DNA of 64,000 nt, from NCBI GenBank assembly GCA_964016885.1, contig OZ024740.1:151342001-151406000 (forward strand), in the 5' to 3' direction. This document shows, piece after piece, positions 13,759-25,400 of this stretch. Position 1 is the first letter of the stretch; every line of letters starts with the position of its first letter. The notes under the pieces are model-generated. The model worked only from the letters and a program-made list of their open reading frames with translations, made no database searches and was not told where the DNA came from. The stretch comes from Eledone cirrhosa. Its lineage: Eukaryota. A program made the translations under genes and the position numbers.

Positions 13759-13875
13759 TTATTGACACGTGTTTCTATAACAGTTACGTAACCTAGAACA
13801 GCTATCTACAAACTTTTAGTTATGCAGACATTCAATATTTCAATGTTATTATTTACTGTCATTTCATCAGAATAA
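13759..13875 (-). ncRNA. Type I hammerhead ribozyme with extended stem II (P1 pLTR)
   Basis: Minus strand: ttatt CTGATGA a-atgacagt..~70 nt..actgttat-a GAAA cacgtg TC aataa. Stem III is the palindrome ACACGTGT, with a GUC site. Confidence 0.8.
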
Positions 13876-14425
13876 TATTACTGAGGACCTATTTAGTTTT
13901 TATAGAGAATATTAGGAGGGAGGGGTGAAGTTGTTAGAAGAATAGTTGAAGGAGTGGTTTTTCGATAGCAGTGAGAATTCTTGGTGGCAGTGAGTAATTA
14001 GATTCCCATCTGTTGTTTTGACATTTTTTATAGAATATATTATTGGTTATTTTTCTAAATCTATAGAAGGATTAGAGATAGTGAAGATATGCGTGGTTGG
14101 TTTTGTGTTTGCACTTAATTAACATTCAGACTTAAATTTTTCTTTCAAGTGTACGTATCCTTTCACCCACGCATTCACACACAAATATATTTGCACACCT
14201 CTACAAAATACATATACACACAATTCACATATTCATACTTACATATATATACACATGCATACACATATATACACACATGTATTTATGTACATACATACGC
14301 GCTCATGTGTATACATTTTCATACTCAACTTATCTTTATATACACACGTATAGACACACACATATATACATACATACTCTAGTCCATGTGTACACACATA
14401 CACATACATACACATCCATATACAC

Positions 14426-14463
<38 letters not shown>

Positions 14464-14466
14464 ATA

Positions 14467-14544
<78 letters not shown>

Positions 14545-14859
14545 TACACATACACACACATACACACATATACATATATATATATATATAAGCACTTTAA
14601 TACATGAATACACTTACATCTAACTATACACATCAAACATATATATATATTTACTTATTTATATACATTTTCACATATATATACATACTTATGGACGTTT
14701 TTAGACACATTCATTATCGCATATTTGTACCTATTCTCATCAGCATATCTTTTCATTATTAGTATGGTAATTTAAGGTTATTAATATATGTTGAGAAGAG
14801 ATTGTTTTTATATTTTTCTAACTAGATTAAAGTTTATATAGTTGGGGGATGTCCCTCTT

Positions 14860-16797
14860 TTATGTAATATTCGGCTTGTAGTGGGAAAAAAGGGTTTTAG
14901 TTCTGTGACGGCAGAATAATGTTCGTTCAATTCTGTTATTCAGCAGTTTCTTCTTGTGTGTGATTATGTAATAAATCTCAAGATTACACAATTTGCAGAA
15001 ATTTTGGCTCCTGGAAAAGCTTTGGGTTTTAGCTAATTTTTCCCATTTTAGGGTAAACTTTTGATCGCTATCCCTGAGCGTCCAAGCTTTTTCTGCTAGA
15101 GTTGTTACATTTCTTTGGCTCTGGTGTTTTATTGAGTAAGAATGCCTATACAATCGAGATTTAAACGTTGTTGCCGTTGATCCCACGTAATACCACTCGT
15201 TGCCTCCGGATTTAATGGTACACTTATAAATAATATTTTTTTCCAGGCAGTTATTGCCGAGGGGGCAGTTGTCAGGATAGGTGCAGTTACAGTTGTGTAC
15301 GTTGGGTTTTCTCTGGAGTAGTATTGCGGACGAACTTAGGTGTGGTTTATTTATGTTCTGTAGTGTATTGTCTACTGTTTTTTTTGTGTTCTTTGTACTT
15401 AAGTTCTTAGTGTTTTCGTTTAACCTTCTAGTATTGATCTTTTTTATGTGTTGTTCAAGGTTTAACGCTGTAGAGTATGACAGTCTTATAGTGGTAGGGT
15501 TTAGGATTTTGTGGTATTTGTGTGATGTGGGAAAATGTCTTTTAATTATTTTAAAGAAGAGTACTGGTAAATTTGTACTAATGGAGCTATTGTATTCGGG
15601 GTTATACCATAAGTACTCTTTGCATCGCTTTCTATTAGTTTTGTTTGTTGGTTTACTGGTGTGCATACTATGGTAGTAAGTGTGGTTTGGTGTTGTGTTA
15701 TTATATCTACCTATGTGGGATTTATTTTGGGTGTTTTGATTGTTCCCATCTATGTACTCTATTTTGTTGAGGTAGCCTGCTTTACTAAGGGCGTTATCGT
15801 AGTACTCGGCGTGTTCCTTAAATACTTGTATGTTAGAAGATAGACCCGAGATTCTAAGGGAAATATTTTTAGGGATAGATTTAATTATAGAGAAGGGGTG
15901 GTTAGACCCAACGTTTACGTATTTGAGATTTTCATTCAATTTATGAAACGGTTTAATCAAACCAGAGTTTAAATTGAGTGTGACATCCAGGAAGTTAACT
16001 ACTTTAAGGTTGTATTCATATGTTATAGTTAGTCCTATTTCGAGTAGTAGTTTTCTTATATCTTTGCGTAGTTTTTCTAGTTTTTGGTTATTAAGGTTTT
16101 TAGCTAGGAGGAGAACATCGTCGCGGTATATTCCGCCGTGGAGATTGCTGTTTTTTTCCTGGAGTCTAAAGGCGATAAGTAACCCCACAATATCAGTTAT
16201 TTCCGCCGAATCGTTAGAGCCCATTGTTATGTCAAAGTTAGAGGGTCTATCTTTACGTACCCAATAACTGTTCTCAAATTTGACTATAGTTTTCCTAGCT
16301 TCTAATATAATCTTAATTTCATCGTTTGTAAGGTCAGAGTTATCCTTAGCAAACTTAATGGCTCTATTCAAAGTTTCAGGTGATATCGATGAGTAATATT
16401 CATCGATATCAAACTGGATAAAGTTAGATTTATTCTTATTGCTAATGCTATTAAACCATCTTATTGCTTCCTGGGTCTTCCCCCAGAGTTTAATGTTAAC
16501 CTTAGCCTTAATTTGGGGGATGATTCTATCTAAGATATATTTGCTTATTTTACCTATATCTGATTTAGAGGGGCAGATTAATCTAATTTTAGGGTCATTA
16601 TCAAAGTTTACCTTGTGGTCCTTAAGATTGAAGGTGGGTACCGCCGGTAAGAGTGGTCCTGTCCTATCTTCGATTCCGAGATTTTTCACTATTTCGCATG
16701 CCTCATCATTGATGTGCTTAAGGGTTACTTCACTCATTTTTCTATATTTTTTATGTAATTCTTTTCGAATGAAGTTGTTGTATGTAGTGCAATCCAT
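14860..16797 (-). CDS. Penelope-like reverse transcriptase + C-terminal GIY-YIG endonuclease (N-terminus truncated/frameshifted)
   Basis: FIQFDIDEYYSSI, FDITMGSNDSAE, GIYRDD, NFLDVTL, Cys linker CNCTYPDNCPLGNNC, IIYKC..YYVGST..FKSRLYRH, CKLCNLE. Confidence 0.92.
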   Translation of the reverse strand: MDCTTYNNFIRKELHKKYRKMSEVTLKHINDEACEIVKNLGIEDRTGPLLPAVPTFNLKDHKVNFDNDPKIRLICPSKSDIGKISKYILDRIIPQIKAKVNIKLWGKTQEAIRWFNSISNKNKSNFIQFDIDEYYSSISPETLNRAIKFAKDNSDLTNDEIKIILEARKTIVKFENSYWVRKDRPSNFDITMGSNDSAEITDIVGLLIAFRLQEKNSNLHGGIYRDDVLLLAKNLNNQKLEKLRKDIRKLLLEIGLTITYEYNLKVVNFLDVTLNLNSGLIKPFHKLNENLKYVNVGSNHPFSIIKSIPKNISLRISGLSSNIQVFKEHAEYYDNALSKAGYLNKIEYIDGNNQNTQNKSHIGRYNNTTPNHTYYHSMHTSKPTNKTNRKRCKEYLWYNPEYNSSISTNLPVLFFKIIKRHFPTSHKYHKILNPTTIRLSYSTALNLEQHIKKINTRRLNENTKNLSTKNTKKTVDNTLQNINKPHLSSSAILLQRKPNVHNCNCTYPDNCPLGNNCLEKNIIYKCTIKSGGNEWYYVGSTATTFKSRLYRHSYSIKHQSQRNVTTLAEKAWTLRDSDQKFTLKWEKLAKTQSFSRSQNFCKLCNLEIYYIITHKKKLLNNRIERTLFCRHRTKTLFSHYKPNIT

Positions 16798-17008
16798 AGT
16801 GTACAGGTTTGATGTTTTGTCCGCTTTTACTACAATTCCTTTGGTGTTTTTAAGGTCGTCCAGTAGTTTTTTTATATATCTTTCTGTAATTTGCTGTTGG
16901 TGTTGCGTCCTTTGAATTTAATTTTAAGGATTAAGTTCATAAGGTCCTGCTCAAATGCATCTAATAGTGGGTTGGTGGGTGGGTTTTTACAAGTCCTAAA
17001 ACCTGTTA

Positions 17009-17072
<64 letters not shown>

Positions 17073-17083
17073 TAACAGATTAA

Positions 17084-17134
17084 AGTTTAAGCAAAGAATC
17101 GCTGCTTTTACCCTTAACGGGATCTTCTGAAACT
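17084..17134 (-). ncRNA. Degenerate type I hammerhead (two core substitutions)
   Basis: agttt CAGAAGA t ccc gttaa ggg t AAAA gca..tgc TT aaact. The related copy near 31899 retains GAAA. Confidence 0.5.
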
Positions 17135-17204
17135 AACAAAGTCAAGCTGTGAACGCAGAAGTGAATATTTCAAAAAACGTGGCAACTGGAGGAAGACAGG
17201 AAGA

Positions 17205-17490
17205 CGATACTTTGGTTCGTGGAAACGTTCCCTGGCAAAGAACGGGAAAAAACGAATATAATACGTCATTATTTGGAGCGGTGAAAAACAATTACACGCA
17301 AAGACAAAACCGCATTTATGGTATAAAAGAAGTCGTAGACTAATATTCTCTTAAGTGGTGCATAGAGACGTTCTCTGGCAATGAACGGAAAAAACAAAGA
17401 TAATACGTCGCATGTAGATCGTGGAGAACAATTGCACGCAAAGACAAAACCACGTAAATGGTATAACTGAAGTCGTAGACTAAAATTCTA
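17205..17490. repeat. Two diverged ~140-bp tandem units in the P2 3' region
   Basis: acgttc.ctggcaa.gaacgg...gcaaagacaaaacc...gaagtcgtagacta occurs twice, with gtcgtagac ending at 17340 and 17480. Confidence 0.85.
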
Positions 17491-18060
17491 ACTAGGAAAC
17501 CGACTGATTCTCGGCTTCAGAGTTAAGAATGAAGTAAATAAAATACAGAGGTAATTGAAATTAAATAAATACATACACGCATCCATATACCTACATACAC
17601 AAGCATACGCGAAAACACTCGCCATAGGTATACAAATACACGCACATATAAATATGTGTGTGTGTATGTGCGTGTATACAAATAATTAAATAAACGTATA
17701 TAAATAAATAAATACGTATATAACAAGCGCACACACATATCTACATGTAAATACACATATGTTAAGAGACGTACGTCAACCAAAACACGAAGTACACATA
17801 TACACACACCCTACATACGTACAAACCCGCATACTCATACAGACGCAAAACTCACGTATACACATAACCAAAACATATGTACCAGAATATATAAAATATA
17901 CGCCATAACATATACAATCAAATATACGTACGAGAAAGTATACGTACCTTCACAAAACATACAGGTAATATATACTTACCTATGCAAATAAGTAATGGTA
18001 TAAACATAACATATACTTAGCTACCACATCAAGACGTAAAATATCCGCGTATACATCGTA

Positions 18061-19250
18061 CTATCCGTTAGGGTACAATGTGGGGCTGTAATACAGGAAA
18101 GTTTTGTGCAATTTATGTTTACAAGCCGAAATTGCCTCAGATTTTTTGCTTAAGATGTGGTCTGTGACGTAGAGTATTTCCAGGGCATCAGCGGCGCAGA
18201 GGTCACATGGTCTTTTATTTCCGTTATGCGATCTAGCCCCAGCTAGGATCTCCCAATGTAACTTATATTGGATGTGGTTGTCTTTTAGACTCCCGATATA
18301 AGCTGAAAGTGACGTCATATTCCTTCTTAGAGGGTAACGAAAAGAATGGGTATGCATGTAAAGACGCTGCTTGAATCTATTGGCAGTTAACCCTATGTAG
18401 GCCCTACGGGATGTGGGTGTTTCAACCTTACATTTGAAGACACTGTTACTAGAGAGGCATTTCCCGGATAGGGGGCAATCAACCAGAATCCTACAATTAA
18501 AGTTAGTACTAACTACAGGGTTGCACATGTTTCTACGGCTAGGTAGTTTAGCTAAATTTGAAGCTGCGATGTTATGTGCATGGTTAGGAGTCATAGAGTA
18601 AGAAATGTTAATAGTTTTTCTATTAAAAATTTTACTATATTTATGTGTAGGGGGAAAATGCTTCGTAATAATAAGGGATAGAAAGATCTTAGCTAATGGT
18701 GTGGCCACCTCCATATTATATGGTGGGTTATACCATATAATGCGTCGGGATCTATTTCTTCTAGGTCTATTCTCGTACTCTGTATATGCTACCTTATCGA
18801 CAAATCCACTCCGAGCAAGAGCTTCATTGTAATATGGGGAATGGTCGTTGAAAATATGCTCGTTAGTGGATAGACGAGAAAGCCTCAAAGAAACGTTTCT
18901 TATCAGGTTCTTGGTTATGCTGGCAGGATGGTTAGAATGCATACTTATGTAATTAAGCGTATCATTCGGCTTTCTATACGGGTAATACAAGCGATTCGAT
19001 AAATTGACGGTAACGTCGAGGTAATTAACGACCGAGAGGTTGGCCTCAACCCGTATAGAGAGGTTGAAGCCTTTAAAGAAGGCTGTGAGTTCTTTTCTGA
19101 ACCTGTCGCAAGCACGTGGGCCGAACTTAGTCATGGTCAAAGACCATCATAACGGTACAAACCGCCGCCCACGTTGGGGAATTCGTCCTTGATAGAGAAA
19201 AGAAGGAAAAGGCCGATAAGATCAGTAACCTCCGCAGAATCACTGGCGCC
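18061..19250 (-). pseudogene. Penelope-like RT C-terminus + GIY-YIG (P2)
   Basis: MGASDSAEVTDLIG..GGLYRYDG (frameshift), NYLDVTV, WYNPPY, CPLSGKC, VFKCKV..AYIGLT, CDLC. Confidence 0.88.
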
Positions 19251-19296
19251 CATATTTGATATATATATCCTTATCGAGCCCTCTTTGGATTTTAGT

Positions 19297-19362
<66 letters not shown>

Positions 19363-19364
19363 AG

Positions 19365-20080
19365 ATAAATCTACCAAGAGTTTACGGTAGTGTCCAATCC
19401 GTATGAAGAACTCAATGTAATCCGGATATCATGGAAAGAAGAGATGCAATGAAAAATCACTTTCGGTGAAAGATAAACGGAATACAGAGTCAAGATAAAA
19501 TATTAAAAAAATAATGAATAAAACAATGAAACAGTTCCTTATATTAAACAAAAAAAGTTCATTATTTAACGATCGTTTCTAGGATATATATGTGTTAGAA
19601 TTGGCATGCATATTCAACAGATCTATGTACAAAATTATACAAAATTATACAAACTATCAAAATTAAATATACATACCAACACATATATATGCCGTCTTCA
19701 GAAATAATGAAATATATTTATTGATAATAACAACAATTCAAAATTACAGGTCTGTTTGGGAACAGAGTTCAAATTGACCAATGAAAACACAAAAAGTTTA
19801 TACAGTTAGGTGTGTGTATATATGTAAGTAACTTCGTTCACAGATATGCATAAAAATATATGTTCACATGCATACGCATGCCGAAAAGATGTATGTAAAT
19901 ACAAAAATTCAAGGCTAATGTCTCTGTATGTTTATAATCTACAGATAAAATACGTATACGCATATAAATATATAAATATAAAAATAAAAAAATAAATATA
20001 TACAAACATTCATATACTCACACATATACGTACATTCAAACACACACACGCGCGTATACGCATAAACATACACACAACCA
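19365..20080 (-). mobile_element. Penelope-type pLTR (inverted copy with ~130-nt extra tail)
   Basis: 19495-20080 is the near-identical reverse complement of 24301-24885 and contains an HHR. Confidence 0.8.
19561..19708 (-). ncRNA. Type I hammerhead ribozyme with ~115-nt stem II
   Basis: attattt CTGAAGA..(atatatgtgtt/aacacatatat stem)..GAAA cgatcg TT aaataat. Palindromic stem III AACGATCGTT and 7-bp stem I. Confidence 0.8.
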
Positions 20081-20321
20081 CGAACATACATACACACACA
20101 CACCCCCACACACATATATGTGTATATACTATTATCATAAGCATATGGACATTAATGCGCGCACATAAACACTGCCACACATATTTAGATCCAGATACAG
20201 AAAGTAGGTGGGGGGGGGGGAGAGAAGAGGTCAGTATTTAGCGGTGTCAGCAAACTGCCTATTTATAAATGTATCTATAAATTTAGAAATAAAAAGAAAA
20301 AGAAAAAAGAAATATATTAAG

Positions 20322-20387
<66 letters not shown>

Positions 20388-20660
20388 AACAAGTAAAATA
20401 TAAAATATACATCGATATACATACATATACATATATATATATATATACATATATATACATACATATACATACACATATACATAAACACATACATACTCAT
20501 ACATATACATACACACACCATATAAATACACATACACATACACACACGCATACATATAGAGACACATACATATACACATATAAATACATAGACATATACA
20601 CATATACACACATATATATATAAACATACACACATACATATATATATATATACATTCACA

Positions 20661-20700
<40 letters not shown>

Positions 20701-20782
20701 CTACACACATATATAAACACACTCATGTATATACACACATACACATACATACCCACACATATATATATATATATATACATAT

Positions 20783-20855
<73 letters not shown>

Positions 20856-20927
20856 TAGCGAAACAAACGGTTATTAAACAATTTTCTAAATAAATTAAAA
20901 AATGATTAAATAATCACCTGTTCAGAT

Positions 20928-21008
20928 GCTGTTACCGACGGTTTCATCATTCCAAAAGATTGGAAATCCAACGAATTTCCAATGGAAAGAAATGAATCTT
21001 CAGACAGC
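20928..21008 (-). ncRNA. Type I hammerhead ribozyme (array copy 1)
   Basis: gctgt CTGAAGA t tcatttc..attggaaatt cgttg gatttccaat..ggaatga t GAAA ccgtcgg TA acagc. Predicted GUA cleavage between 20933 and 20932. Confidence 0.88.
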
Positions 21009-21384
21009 CCTATTTCCACGCTATAATGTATAGCAAGTAAATATTATGCTCCCTGCCCAACGCATGCGGTCAAGCCGTTAAAGTGACACACACGCAAATC
21101 AGGTCGCTGATAAAAGCTGGATATTATAAACATGTCGAATTGCCACTAAAATTAGCGGCATTATTCAACGTTTTGTTCTCTACGTAAGGAGAATAAATTA
21201 TAGAAGTGGATGGATACTTCAACAGGTACAATGTACTTGTAGAAATATTCAAGTTGTTTATAATACATGTGGTTCAATGGCACTAATTCGAGATACCAGA
21301 ACAATATAAAAGAAGCGAAACAAACGGTTATTAAACAATTTTCTAAATAAATTAAAAAATGATTAAATAATCACCTGTTCAGAT

Positions 21385-21465
21385 GCTGTTACCGACGGTT
21401 TCATCATTCCAAAAGATTGGAAATCCAACGAATTTCCAATGGAAAGAAATGAATCTTCAGACAGC
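21385..21465 (-). ncRNA. Type I hammerhead ribozyme (array copy 2)
   Basis: Same motif as copy 1, offset +457. Confidence 0.88.
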
Positions 21466-21841
21466 CCTATTTCCACGCTATAAGGTATAGCAAGTAAATA
21501 TTATGCTCCCTGCCCAACGCATGCGGTCAAGCCGTTAATGTGACACACACGCAAATCAGGTCGCTGATAAAAGCTGGATATTATAAACATGTCGAATTGC
21601 CACTAAAATTAGCGGCATTATTCAACGTTTTGTTCTCTACGTAAGGAGAATAAATTATAGAAGTGGATGGATACTTCAACAGGTACAATGTACTTGTAGA
21701 AATATTCAAGTTGTTTATAATACATGTGGTTCAATGGCACTAATTCGAGATACCAGAACAATATAAAAGTAGCGAAACAAACGGTTATTAAACAATTTTC
21801 TAAATAAATTAAAAAATGATTAAATAATCACCTGTTCAGAT

Positions 21842-21922
21842 GCTGTTACCGACGGTTTCATCATTCCAAAAGATTGGAAATCCAACGAATTTCCAATGGA
21901 AAGAAATGAATCTTCAGACAGC
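21842..21922 (-). ncRNA. Type I hammerhead ribozyme (array copy 3)
   Basis: Same motif as copy 1, offset +914. Confidence 0.88.
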
Positions 21923-22298
21923 CCTATTTCCACGCTATAAGGTATAGCAAGTAAATATTATGCTCCCTGCCCAACGCATGCGGTCAAGCCGTTAAAGTGA
22001 CACACACGCAAATCAGGTCGCTGATAAAAGCTGGATATTATAAACATGTCGAATTGCCACTAAAATTAGCGGCATTATTCAACGTTTTGTTCTCTACGTA
22101 AGGAGAATAAATTATAGAAGTGGATGGATACTTCAACAGGTACAATGTACTTGTAGAAATATTCAAGTTGTTTATAATACATGTGGTTCAATGGCACTAA
22201 TTCGAGATACCAGAACAATATAAAAGTAGCGAAACAAACGGTTATTAAACAATTTTCTAAATAAATTAAAAAATGATTAAATAATCACCTGTTCAGAT

Positions 22299-22379
22299 GC
22301 TGTTACCGACGGTTTCATCATTCCAAAAGATTGGAAATCCAACGAATTTCCAATGGAAAGAAATGAATCTTCAGACAGC
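22299..22379 (-). ncRNA. Type I hammerhead ribozyme (array copy 4)
   Basis: Same motif as copy 1, offset +1371. Confidence 0.88.
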
Positions 22380-22439
22380 CCTATTTCCACGCTATAAGGT
22401 ATAGCAAGTAAATATTATGCTCCCTGCCCAACGCATGCG

Positions 22440-22524
22440 ATATATATATATACACACATACATACACACATATACACATACACATATACAAAGATATATA
22501 TACATACACACACACATATAATAA

Positions 22525-22555
<31 letters not shown>

Positions 22556-22990
22556 TATATATACATACATACACACACATACATACTCATACATAGACAT
22601 ACATATATACTCACATACATACACACATACATATACGCATATATACACATACATACACATCCATGTATGCGTATATACATACAAACACCACCACACGCTC
22701 ACACAACTCAGACATACATAAATAAAGGGATATACATACACATATATACATATATAAAAAGAGATACATATACACATATAAATATATACACACATACACA
22801 CACACACACACACATACATACACATACATATACACACGCTCACACAACTAAGACATACATAAATAAAGGGATATACATACACATATATACATATATAAAT
22901 AGAGATACATATACACATATAAATATATACACACGTACACACACACACACATACATACACATACATACACACATACATATATATACACAC

Positions 22991-23049
<59 letters not shown>

Positions 23050-23159
23050 TATATATATACATATATATAAAAAAGTAAAGAAATAAAAGAAATAAATAAA
23101 TAAATAAATTAATACACACAGTCAGACAAATATGCACACACATACATATACATATATAT

Positions 23160-23226
<67 letters not shown>

Positions 23227-23280
23227 CATATACATACATATATCCATACACATACACACATCAACTACAAATATATATAT

Positions 23281-23312
<32 letters not shown>

Positions 23313-23427
23313 TCACATATACATGCGCACATACGTACATATATACACATACACACATATACACAGACGTATGCATGTGCATACATATACATACACACAT
23401 ATACCCACATAAATACATAGATACATA

Positions 23428-23459
<32 letters not shown>

Positions 23460-23600
23460 CACATATATATATATATATACACACAATCATACACCCTTAT
23501 TTACATGCGCACATATGTATTTTTATACTCACATACAAACACCCAAACATACATACCTACCTACATATACATACATACATCCACGCTTACAAATACAAAT
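22440..23600. repeat. Compound (TA)/(CA)/(TACA) low-complexity tract with an internal ~140-bp duplication
   Basis: cacgctcacacaact.agacatacataaataaaggg occurs at ~22694 and ~22835. Confidence 0.9.
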
Positions 23601-23759
23601 AATAATAGGGGGGAAGGGGGGGGGGAGAAGGGGATTATAGTAAATATAGGTTTCAAGAAACATAGAATATTAATCTGCATTTAGATCATAATATGTGTTT
23701 ACATAGTAGTTTCAGTATTAGGAAATGTAAGAAAGAAGGCAAAATTATGCATTTTAATA

Positions 23760-24135
23760 TAAGTAGACTATTAATTATAGGTTAACTAAATTAAAGATAG
23801 TTAATATATTGATTTCTAAGGTGTATACTACTTAGGTTTATAATATTTGAAGCGGAATTTTGAAGTTAAATAGTAGTAGAGTATTAATTATAGTATAACT
23901 AAATTAAAATTATTAACGTTATGGTATCAATATTAGGAAATGAATTTAGTAATAGGGAAAAAAACAAATAAAGTATTACATCGGTAGTAGAATATAAATT
24001 ATAGGTTAACTAAATTAAAAATTATATATTAATTTCTATAGTATATGTTAATTTGGTTTATAATAATTAAAACAGATATTGTATTTTATCTATAGTAGAA
24101 TATAATTATAGGTAAACAGAAATTAAAATTAATAC
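23760..24135. repeat. Degenerate ~110-bp AT-rich tandem repeat (4 units)
   Basis: ttatag(g/t)(t)taactaaattaaa-like motif at ~23775, 23888, 23999 and 24106. Confidence 0.7.
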
Positions 24136-24155
24136 ATACACATATATATATATAC

Positions 24156-24194
<39 letters not shown>

Positions 24195-24300
24195 TATATA
24201 CATACATATACATATTTTTTCAAAAATTGCAAAGAATATATTAACTAGGTATACATCCAAAACCTATCTCAGTCTATGATTACAAGACACTCTGCAATCA

Positions 24301-24879
24301 TTGGTTGTGGTATGTTTATGCGTATACGCGCGCGTGTGTGTGAATGTACGTATATGTGTGAGTATATGAATGTGTGTATATATTTATTTTTTTATTTTTA
24401 TATTTATATATTTATATGCGTATACGTATTTTATCTGTAGATTATAAACATACAGAGACATTAGCCTTGAATTTTTGTATTTACATACATTTTTTCGGCA
24501 TGCGTATGCATGTGAACATATATTTTTATGCATATCTGTGAACGAAGTTACTTACATATATACACACACCTAACTGTATAAACTTTTTGTGTTTTCATTG
24601 GTCAATTTGAACTCTGTTCCCAAACAGAGCTGTAATTTTGAATTGTTGTTATTATCAATAAATATATTTCATTATTTCTGAAGACGGCATATATATGTGT
24701 TGGTATGTATATTTAATTTTGATAGTTTGTATAATTTTGTATAATTTTGTACATAGATCTGTTGAATATGCATGCCAATTCTAACACATATATATCCTAG
24801 AAACGATCGTTAAATAATGAACTTTTTTTGTTTAATATAAGGAACTGTTTCATTGTTTTATTCATTATTTTTTTAATAT

Positions 24880-24885
<6 letters not shown>
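24301..24885 (+). mobile_element. Penelope-type pLTR (sense copy ending at (TA)n)
   Basis: Inverted repeat of 19495-20080, with an HHR. Confidence 0.8.
24671..24818 (+). ncRNA. Type I hammerhead ribozyme with ~115-nt stem II
   Basis: attattt CTGAAGA (24678-84)...GAAA (24800-03) cgatcg TT aaataat. Confidence 0.8.
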
Positions 24886-24910
<25 letters not shown>

Positions 24911-24911
<1 letters not shown>

Positions 24912-25105
24912 AGGGCGGTGGATTGGCAGTATTGGTAGAGGGTCGGAGGCCATGCTTTCCACCATAGTTACGTCCCTTTACGATCTGAGTCCAAATCCCG
25001 CCGAGGTAGACTTTGCCTTTCATCCTTACGGGGTCGATAAAATGAAGTACCAGTAATGCACTGGGTAATTGCTGGCCTTGTGCTTAAAGTAGAAACAATT
25101 ATTTA
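24911..25105 (+). mobile_element. tRNA-derived SINE copy
   Basis: Full-length family consensus with (ATTT) tail. Confidence 0.87.
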
Positions 25106-25244
25106 TTTATTTAATTATTTATATATGTACATATAGCTTCTACAGGACTTGAACTGATTCATTCCATGACAGATCATCAGAAATTATGAAGCATGACATT
25201 TGTTGAGTCTTTTTTTCCGATGTATTATTCATGACTAAAATGTC

Positions 25245-25400
25245 GGCGAATTGGCTGAATCACTAGGGCGTCGAATATAATATTTGCGCTATTCGTTCTG
25301 CCACTTTCAACTCTGATTTCAAATCCCACCGAAATCAAACTTTGTCTTTCATCCTTTAAAGGCTGATGAAAAAAAATATCAGTCTCGTACTGGTCGATTC
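25245..25400 (+). mobile_element. Old diverged SINE copy
   Basis: ttcaaatcccaccgaaatcaaactttgtctttcatccttt resembles the SINE core. Confidence 0.6.

Larger units (their letters stand above)
17066..19300 (-). mobile_element. Penelope-like element P2 (5'-truncated within RT), inserted in (TA)n
   Basis: ORF homologous to P1, pLTR with a degenerate HHR, and a short inverted pLTR-tail piece at the 5' junction (19255-19298). Confidence 0.87.
20851..22439 (-). mobile_element. Retrozyme-like tandem array: ~3.5 near-identical 457-bp non-coding units, each with an HHR
   Basis: Unit starts at 20851, 21308, 21765 and 22222. I saw only ~3 substitutions among copies. No ORF. (TA)n flanks. Confidence 0.85.

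Noticed and set aside
15281-16915. Plus-strand ORFs antisense to retroelement ORFs (also across 39-49 kb)
   Set aside because: Shadow frames of the RT ORFs with no independent motifs.
17003-17078. 12-bp inverted repeat ctgttattttaa/ttaaaataacag around (TA)n as TIRs
   Set aside because: These are the junction ends of P1 and P2. Too short and AT-rich to define an element.
20851-22439. CRISPR array or simple satellite interpretation
   Set aside because: Units are 457 bp with no unique spacers or cas genes, in eukaryotic context. The HHR in each unit argues against a plain satellite.
24911-24990. tRNA gene calls for SINE heads
   Set aside because: A/B-box-like motifs only, with no cloverleaf. 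They are always joined to the SINE body and tail.
25140-25190. Minus-strand CTGATGA as a hammerhead (similarly 7851, 14738, 28736, 30025, 57138)
   Set aside because: No correctly placed GAAA, stem III and stem I could be built.
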